Source: Promethearchaeia archaeon
GTDB lineage: Archaea; Asgardarchaeota; Lokiarchaeia; Sigyniarchaeales; SOKP01
Assembly (NCBI GenBank): GCA_029856105.1
Contig: JAHQWH010000236.1
Coordinates: forward strand, 1 to 12,537
DNA: 12,537 nucleotides
Reading direction: 5' to 3'
Within the stretch, counting starts at the first letter, position 1. Each line of letters opens with the position of its first letter. This document shows positions 6,674 through 12,537 of this stretch, piece by piece. The notes beneath the pieces are model-generated. The model made no database searches. It had not been told where the DNA came from and saw nothing but the letters and a program-made list of their open reading frames with translations. A program made the translations under genes and the position numbers.

Positions 6674-7690
6674 CTACTTTTTTTCGATTAATGGCCTACA
6701 ATACATATAGTGCTCGCCGCCCAGATCTACCCTTTCAGGTTTGTTTAGGTGACACCCTTCGTGATTTTCTTTCTCTTCACATCTTGGATGAAAAGCACAT
6801 CCAGACGGTGGATTGATAGGACTTGGTACATCTCCTTCAAGAATAATTCTATTTATTCTGGAAGTTGGATCAAAGGTGGGTCTCGCAGATAATAAAGCTT
6901 TAGTGTATGGATGAGTTGGATGATAAAAAACCTCATCAACGGTACCTCCTTCAACAAATTTTCCTAAGTACATAACTTGAATTCGATCTCCGATATGCTG
7001 AATAACACTTAAATCATGGGTAATGAACAGATAAGAAAAACCAAATTGGTTTTGAAGAGCTTTTAATAAGTTTAAAATTTGAGCTTGAACAGAAACATCT
7101 AAAGCTGAAGTTGGCTCATCTAATATTATTAATTCAGGATTGCATGCCAGAGCTCTTGCTATTACTATCCTTTGTTTCTGACCTCCAGAGAATTCGTGTG
7201 GAAATCGATCTAAATGCTCCTTTTTTAGAGAGACCGTTTCTAATAGCTCCATGACTCTCCTTCGGATTTCTCTCCTTTTCCTCATCCCCATCAGCAATCT
7301 TAAAGGTTCACCAATAATATTAACAACTTTCCATCTTGGATTAAGAGATGAATCAGGATCTTGAAAAACCATTTGGATTTTTTTCCGCATATCTTTTTTG
7401 AAATTTTCATCTATTCTTTGATCTTTAAACCAGATCTCACCATCAATAGCGTGAACTAAATTTAATATCGTATTCCCAATTGTAGTTTTGCCACACCCAC
7501 TTTCTCCTACTAAGCCTAATGTTTCCCCTTTATAAAGGTCGAAAGAAACCCCATCTACTGCTTTTACTTCCCCTATTTTTCGTTTAAAAAGACCACCATA
7601 AATTGGATAATACGTTTTTAGATTTTTTACAGAAAGCATAATTTCTTTTGAAGACTTAGAAGGGGCTGTTGATTCTTCACTTATAGTCAT
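6674..7690 (-). CDS. dppF: Oligopeptide/dipeptide ABC transporter ATP-binding subunit (DppF/OppF-like)
   Basis: Walker A GESGCGKT, Q-loop VFQDP, signature FSGGQ, Walker B IILDE, H-loop ITHD, C-terminal HPYT...GCAFHPRC...C...C domain. Confidence 0.93.
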   Translation of the reverse strand: MTISEESTAPSKSSKEIMLSVKNLKTYYPIYGGLFKRKIGEVKAVDGVSFDLYKGETLGLVGESGCGKTTIGNTILNLVHAIDGEIWFKDQRIDENFKKDMRKKIQMVFQDPDSSLNPRWKVVNIIGEPLRLLMGMRKRREIRRRVMELLETVSLKKEHLDRFPHEFSGGQKQRIVIARALACNPELIILDEPTSALDVSVQAQILNLLKALQNQFGFSYLFITHDLSVIQHIGDRIQVMYLGKFVEGGTVDEVFYHPTHPYTKALLSARPTFDPTSRINRIILEGDVPSPINPPSGCAFHPRCEEKENHEGCHLNKPERVDLGGEHYMYCRPLIEKK

Positions 7691-7733
7691 TTTATTTTTA
7701 ATCCTCTTTTTAATTATTTATTCTAGTTATTTT

Positions 7734-9005
7734 TTAAACTCTTCCTGATAGGACAAATTCTTCTTCTTCCCATTTATATTTTGGCGAATCTTTATATTCA
7801 GGATCATACATGTGACAAGCAATAAAATATTTATCACTAATTTCGAGGAATCTCGGTTTTACTTTATCGCATACTTCTAACCTAAAATCGCATCTAGGAT
7901 GAAATCTGCAACCAGAGGGGGGATAAATTAAATTTGGAACCATTCCCCGTATTGTTTTTAATTTTTGATCCCTCTTTTCTATGCTTGGTATTGCACCAAT
8001 TAATCCTTGAGTATAAGGATGTCGTGGATTTTTAAATAAATCAATAGCTGTTGCGTATTCAACGATATTACCGCTATACATTACAGCAACTCTATCACAT
8101 ATATCTGCAATAATTCCTAAGTCATGAGTTATCATTAAAATAGAAGTTTTAAATTTCGTTTTCAACTCTTTCATTAAATCAAGAATTTGAGCTTGGATTG
8201 TAACGTCTAAAGCTGTCGTTGGCTCGTCAGCAATTAATAAGACGGGATTACATGAAAGTGCCATTGAAATCATTACTCTTTGTCTCATACCACCACTTAA
8301 TTCATGTGGATACCTTTTTAATATTCCTTTAGCATCAGCTATTCCTACTTCTGCAATAATTTTTTCTGATTCTTCTTTTACTACGCCACCTATAGATAAG
8401 GTTACTTTAATGTGTGTCTGCAATTCTTCAATTGTTTCGTTTATTTCATTTACTTCTTCTGTGGTTAATCTTTCAGCGTTATCTTTTAATTTATTTTTTA
8501 ATTCATTTTTTTCTTTAATTTTTTCTTTTCTTACCAGACGGCGTTCTCTCAAAATACTTTTAATTCTATCTTTTTGGTGTAATAAAAACACTTCACCTAC
8601 TTGTTTGCCAACTGTAATTACGGGATTGAGTGAATTTAACGGATCCTGGAATATCATGGTAATATCATTTCCACGATAGGCCCTCATTTCTTTATTGCTT
8701 AATGAGACCAGATTTAGTCCATTAAGTGTAATTGAGCCGTTTACTATTTTTCCAGGTGCACGAACTAAACCAAGAATAGAAAGAGCCGTAACAGATTTTC
8801 CACACCCAGTTTCACCTACAAGTCCAAGTATCTCATTTTTAAAAATATCAAAAGATACTCCATCTACAGCTTTAACAACACCTTCTTCAGTAAAGAAATA
8901 AGTTTTTAAATTTTTTACTTCTATTAAGGTCTTTACTGACGCTTCTGAACTGTCTTCGGGTTCTTCTATTTGTTCAACTTCTTTATCACTATCTGAACCA
9001 ATCAT
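7734..9005 (-). CDS. dppD: Oligopeptide/dipeptide ABC transporter ATP-binding subunit (DppD/OppD-like) with charged helical insertion
   Basis: GETGCGKS, IFQDP, LSGGMRQR, LIADEPT, ITHD, HPYT...GCRFHPRC...C...C; extra ~60 aa between Q-loop and signature motif. Confidence 0.93.
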   Translation of the reverse strand: MIGSDSDKEVEQIEEPEDSSEASVKTLIEVKNLKTYFFTEEGVVKAVDGVSFDIFKNEILGLVGETGCGKSVTALSILGLVRAPGKIVNGSITLNGLNLVSLSNKEMRAYRGNDITMIFQDPLNSLNPVITVGKQVGEVFLLHQKDRIKSILRERRLVRKEKIKEKNELKNKLKDNAERLTTEEVNEINETIEELQTHIKVTLSIGGVVKEESEKIIAEVGIADAKGILKRYPHELSGGMRQRVMISMALSCNPVLLIADEPTTALDVTIQAQILDLMKELKTKFKTSILMITHDLGIIADICDRVAVMYSGNIVEYATAIDLFKNPRHPYTQGLIGAIPSIEKRDQKLKTIRGMVPNLIYPPSGCRFHPRCDFRLEVCDKVKPRFLEISDKYFIACHMYDPEYKDSPKYKWEEEEFVLSGRV

Positions 9006-9050
9006 AATACTTTTCCTTAATTTTTGAATTTTATTGATTAATAAAAAAAA

Positions 9051-10049
9051 CTATAAATTCTTCAATCTTGGATCTAAAGCATCTCTTAATCCATCGCCAA
9101 CTAGCATAAAGCCTAGTACAGTAAATAATATCATTATACCTGGCCATAAAGATGCAAATGGTGCCATTACTATATGACCTCTCGCAATATCTATATCCCT
9201 ACCCCATTCAATCATGCTAAGATCACTATATCCTAAGAAAGCTAAACCTGCTAAACTTAGAATAATACCTCCAATGTCGAACGTAAAAGAGATAATAATG
9301 GGTTGGATACAATTGGGTAAGATGTGTCTAAACATTATCCTCCAATTTCCTGCGCCCGATACTCTTGCAGCTTCCACATATGGTAAAGCTTTGGCTTGTA
9401 GTACGGACCCTCTAATCAATCTTGAATAATATGGGACACCAAGAATACCATAAGCCAACATAATGTATTCCATTTTTTGCCCCCAAATAGCAATAAATAC
9501 CATAGCAAGAATTAAACCAGGAAAGGCAAGGAAAATATCGACGACTCTCATAATTATTGAATCAACCCAACCACCATAAAAAGCAGCAATGACGCCAACC
9601 ATAACTCCGAGTACAACACTAAAAGTAATAGCGGGAAGTGCGATTGTTAAGGAAGCTCTCGCACCATATATCATTCGCGAAAGAATATCTCGTCCAAACT
9701 GTGTTTGTCCTAAAGGATAATTATCTGAAGGGAGATTCCAAGAACCACCTGGTAGACTATTAGCTATTTCAAAAGAATAAGGAGCTATCCACTCGGGAAA
9801 AACTGCCAATGTTACAATTACAAAAACGATTCCGATTCCTATTATTGTCAAAGTTGATTTTAACCTACGAATAAACTTTCTCTGACTAATGGACTTTTCA
9901 TATTCGATTTCTCTTAGTGTTAATTCATCAATTCTGGATCCTGGAATCAATAAAAATTGTAAATGACTTATAATCCAAGTTAAGATCATTTTTAAGAAAT
10001 TTTCTTTTTCTTCTTCTTTTAATTTTGCTTCAAATACTTGTTCTGTCAT
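9051..10049 (-). CDS. dppC: Peptide ABC transporter permease (DppC/OppC-like)
   Basis: PLGQTQFGRDILSRMIYGAR, EAA loop YVEAARVSGA, HILPN, C-terminal GDGLRDALDPR. Confidence 0.93.
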   Translation of the reverse strand: MTEQVFEAKLKEEEKENFLKMILTWIISHLQFLLIPGSRIDELTLREIEYEKSISQRKFIRRLKSTLTIIGIGIVFVIVTLAVFPEWIAPYSFEIANSLPGGSWNLPSDNYPLGQTQFGRDILSRMIYGARASLTIALPAITFSVVLGVMVGVIAAFYGGWVDSIIMRVVDIFLAFPGLILAMVFIAIWGQKMEYIMLAYGILGVPYYSRLIRGSVLQAKALPYVEAARVSGAGNWRIMFRHILPNCIQPIIISFTFDIGGIILSLAGLAFLGYSDLSMIEWGRDIDIARGHIVMAPFASLWPGIMILFTVLGFMLVGDGLRDALDPRLKNL

Positions 10050-10083
10050 TTTATTATCATCTCATTTTTTTTTCTCTTCCTTT

Positions 10084-11100
10084 TTAATACCTAATTCTTG
10101 GATCAACAAATGCATATATTAAATCTATTCCTAAATTTATTGCTATGAATACAATTGTCGTCAAGAATACTATTGCATTTAGAAGCCAATAATCAGTACT
10201 TTGAATTGCGCCAATTAATGCTTCACCTAAACCATGTAAATTGAAAGTTGTCTCCGTAAGAATAGCACCTGCTAATAAACCTCCAAAGTTTAGCCCAATA
10301 ACTGTAATGGTCGGTATTAATGCATTTTTTCTCGCATGAGTATTTATAACATCTCGTTCTTTGCATCCTTTAGCTCTTGCGGTTCGAACGTAATCTTGCT
10401 CTAACACTTCCAACATACTAGAACGAGTTTGCCTCGTGATTCCTGCGATTGATATAAAGGATAAACAGGCTACGGGTAAGATTAGATGATGTAAATAATC
10501 AGTAACCAAGTACGTTTGTCCTGATAAGAATGAATCAATAATTCTATTGAGGGTAACTGGGGGAGGATCTCCAATTCCAGCAGTTTTATAATTTGCTGTT
10601 GGAAACCAGCCCAATTGATAAGATAAGTAATACTGTAAAATCAATCCCATCCAAAAAATCGGAATAGAAACACCAACTAACGCAAAACCACGGAGTAAAG
10701 TATCCTTCCACTTATTTCTGTTAGTTGCAGAAATTACTCCCGTTTTAAGCCCTATTATTGCAGCCACAATTATGGCAAAGATAGCAATATCGAAGGTCCG
10801 TGGAAATCTCTCTATAACAATATCCCAAACGGGTTGACCTTGAGCAAGTACATATGATAATCCCCAATCTCCTGTAAATAACCTACCGACATAGAGAAAA
10901 TATTGAACTATTATTGGTAAATGAAGGCCAAGCCTTATATATGCAGCTTCGTAATCTGCAGGATCGAATCTATCTGGTAAGGAGGCTAATACAGGATTAC
11001 CTGGCATCATTCTTGACAAAATAAAAGTAATTGTTAGTACTCCAAATAAAACCGGAATTGCTGCTAACATTCTTCTAAGGATATATTTGAACATACTCAT
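10084..11100 (-). CDS. dppB: Peptide ABC transporter permease (DppB/OppB-like)
   Basis: YILRRML, MPGNP, GDWGLS, EAA loop YVRTARAKG, NALIP, C-terminal YAFVDPRIRY. Confidence 0.93.
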   Translation of the reverse strand: MSMFKYILRRMLAAIPVLFGVLTITFILSRMMPGNPVLASLPDRFDPADYEAAYIRLGLHLPIIVQYFLYVGRLFTGDWGLSYVLAQGQPVWDIVIERFPRTFDIAIFAIIVAAIIGLKTGVISATNRNKWKDTLLRGFALVGVSIPIFWMGLILQYYLSYQLGWFPTANYKTAGIGDPPPVTLNRIIDSFLSGQTYLVTDYLHHLILPVACLSFISIAGITRQTRSSMLEVLEQDYVRTARAKGCKERDVINTHARKNALIPTITVIGLNFGGLLAGAILTETTFNLHGLGEALIGAIQSTDYWLLNAIVFLTTIVFIAINLGIDLIYAFVDPRIRY

Positions 11101-11110
11101 ATGTTTTTAA

Positions 11111-11117
11111 ATCACCC
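11111..11117 (-). promoter_or_regulatory. Archaeal-type Shine-Dalgarno (GGGTGAT) of dppB
   Basis: GGGTGAT 10 nt upstream of ATG 11100, complementary to the AUCACC part of the 16S 3' end. Related motifs precede dppC (GAGATGAT 10063-10056), dppF (GAGGAT 7706-7701) and the 293-aa ORF (GTGAT 12535-12531). Confidence 0.6.
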
Positions 11118-11128
11118 ACACTTTTTTA

Positions 11129-11174
11129 ATATTTTTATTAAAGTTTTTTATTTTTTTATATTTTTATTAAAGTT
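11129..11174. repeat. Exact 17-bp direct repeat, 29-bp period
   Basis: ATATTTTTATTAAAGTT at 11129-11145 and 11158-11174; the second copy contains the stop codon of the 159-aa gene. Confidence 0.7.
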
Positions 11175-11646
11175 CCACTTCTTTAATTTTTCCAAGATAG
11201 TCCTTATACTTGGTTTTTGCAAATGCTCCTAATATTGCACTTGATATATTTATTCCCAAAAGAATTAAAATTGTAAGGTAACTTTCAAAACTCAAAAAAT
11301 ATGTAATGAGTAAAGATCCGAAAAGTTCCAAAAGATCAGCTTGGAAGCTGTTTATGAACATATACCAAATCCAGGACTCGATTATGATAACCGGAACAAG
11401 CCAAATGCTATTCTTAATTCCGTATTCGAAAAATTGTTCTCTAAATCCGAGGAAGAATATTATTGCAATAAGTATGAATAAGGACAATATTGATATTGGA
11501 TTGAAAAGCACCTGATATAAAAATATAACTCTATTTCCGATAGATTTTTCGTAAACATTACTGATATATCCGAAAAATACAAAATGGATCAATAATACAG
11601 CCAAAATGAAATTTCCTTGTCGACTAAGGTCAATCTTTAATTTCAT
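11167..11646 (-). CDS. Hypothetical membrane protein (~4 TM helices)
   Basis: 159 aa with four hydrophobic stretches (FILAVLLIHFVFFGYI; ILSLFILIAIIFFLGF; IWLVPVIIIESWIWYMFI; YLTILILLGINISSAILGAFA). Start overlaps the upstream stop (ATGA, 11643-11646). Confidence 0.75.
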   Translation of the reverse strand: MKLKIDLSRQGNFILAVLLIHFVFFGYISNVYEKSIGNRVIFLYQVLFNPISILSLFILIAIIFFLGFREQFFEYGIKNSIWLVPVIIIESWIWYMFINSFQADLLELFGSLLITYFLSFESYLTILILLGINISSAILGAFAKTKYKDYLGKIKEVEL

Positions 11647-12524
11647 AACATTATCTCCAATTTCAAATTATTCAAATTAAAATTCTTTAAACTAAAACTT
11701 TTTTGAGATTTATTAATATTTGATCTTATATTAATTATTCCCATATCTTTCCAGAGTTTCAAATCAATTGTTTTTTTTACGTTATTTTCTAAAAGTTTTT
11801 TATTATAAGCAAAGCAGTCTAAAATGTCATCATATATTAAATAAGGCACGAATGTCAACTTATTAATTTTATTCTTTTTAATATTTTCGACATCAATAGA
11901 TATAATATCAGGATAATATTTTTCTTTTTTTTCTCTATACAGTTTTACCGTTTTTAAAGCTCCTTTTTCAGTTATTTGGATTTTATTTCCTTCAATCCTT
12001 TCTTTGAAATATTTAATATTAATATCACAGTATTCAGATAATCTTGCTGTATACTCTTGCGAATTAATAGTAATAGCTTCATTTTCGATAATAGCAAACA
12101 TTTTTAGGTATTCTGATAAGAGAAATGTAAAATCTTCTATCAAACTAGGGAGTTCCGTTTTTAAATTTAGGGAATTTTCAAACCAATTTGTTAAAGATTC
12201 TAATGATAACGTACGATAGGTAATTTCCTTATATTTTTTTTTTGAATAAATTATTAAATTTTTCAAACCTTCAATCAAGAAACTCTCAAAATTAAATACT
12301 AAATCGAGTGTTTCTAAAAATGAGTCAAGTTTAAGCAAATCGGGAATTATAAAAAAAGTAGCTCTTCCATTAGAGGTTTTGTCAATTCTCATAGGAATTG
12401 GCATAATAGGGATTTTAAAAATATCCGTTGGAAAAATATCAAAATTAAATCCAACAGGTGCGAGATCATTTTTAAATGATTTTAATTTTGCAGGTGGATT
12501 TGAAATTCCAAATTTTGGACTCAT
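11643..12524 (-). CDS. Hypothetical soluble protein
   Basis: 293-aa ORF with GTGAT RBS, no signal peptide or TM segment, Pro-rich N-terminus (FPTDIFKIPIMPIPMRID); no family recognised. Confidence 0.75.
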   Translation of the reverse strand: MSPKFGISNPPAKLKSFKNDLAPVGFNFDIFPTDIFKIPIMPIPMRIDKTSNGRATFFIIPDLLKLDSFLETLDLVFNFESFLIEGLKNLIIYSKKKYKEITYRTLSLESLTNWFENSLNLKTELPSLIEDFTFLLSEYLKMFAIIENEAITINSQEYTARLSEYCDINIKYFKERIEGNKIQITEKGALKTVKLYREKKEKYYPDIISIDVENIKKNKINKLTFVPYLIYDDILDCFAYNKKLLENNVKKTIDLKLWKDMGIINIRSNINKSQKSFSLKNFNLNNLKLEIML

Positions 12525-12537
12525 TCACAAATCACGA

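Noticed and set aside
8391-8573. DppD insertion as an intein or intron
   Set aside because: No N-terminal Cys/Ser splice block or His-Asn terminus; the frame is open and the composition is simply charged-helical.
8410-8901. Two plus-strand ORFs (89 aa and 68 aa)
   Set aside because: Antisense to dppD; the F/S-rich composition just mirrors K/E codons on the coding strand.
9214-9429. 71-aa plus-strand ORF
   Set aside because: Antisense to the conserved core of dppC.
11306-12219. Plus-strand ORFs 11306-11515 and 12004-12219
   Set aside because: Short and antisense to longer, operon-coupled minus-strand genes.

Overview
Very AT-rich, gene-dense window with an archaeal signature: a KH-only NusA homologue, a RadB-like ATPase, GGTGAT-type ribosome-binding sites, short TATA-like leaderless promoters and oligo-dT tracts. 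An Asgard/Lokiarchaeia-like origin is plausible but is inference only. Left to right: (1) a RadB-like RecA-fold ATPase on the minus strand, missed by the ORF track because it runs off the left edge; its catalytic Glu appears replaced by Lys, and it sits head-to-head across a 42-bp palindromic spacer with a YqgF/RuvX-like RNase H-fold nuclease; (2) two tandem DUF1624/HGSNAT-like membrane acyltransferase paralogues; (3) an orphan NusA paralogue lacking the first KH GxxG loop, divergent from a bacterial-type TlyA rRNA methyltransferase; (4) a DUF362 protein; (5) a dpp/opp-type peptide ABC transporter (B, C, D, F) with no substrate-binding protein in the window, a ~60-aa charged helical insertion in the D ATPase, and two unknown, translationally coupled genes upstream. 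No rRNA, tRNA, CRISPR array or mobile element was recognised. The best candidates for undescribed systems are the RadB-like/YqgF-like pair, the degenerate NusA + TlyA pair, and the modified peptide transporter with its two uncharacterised partner genes.
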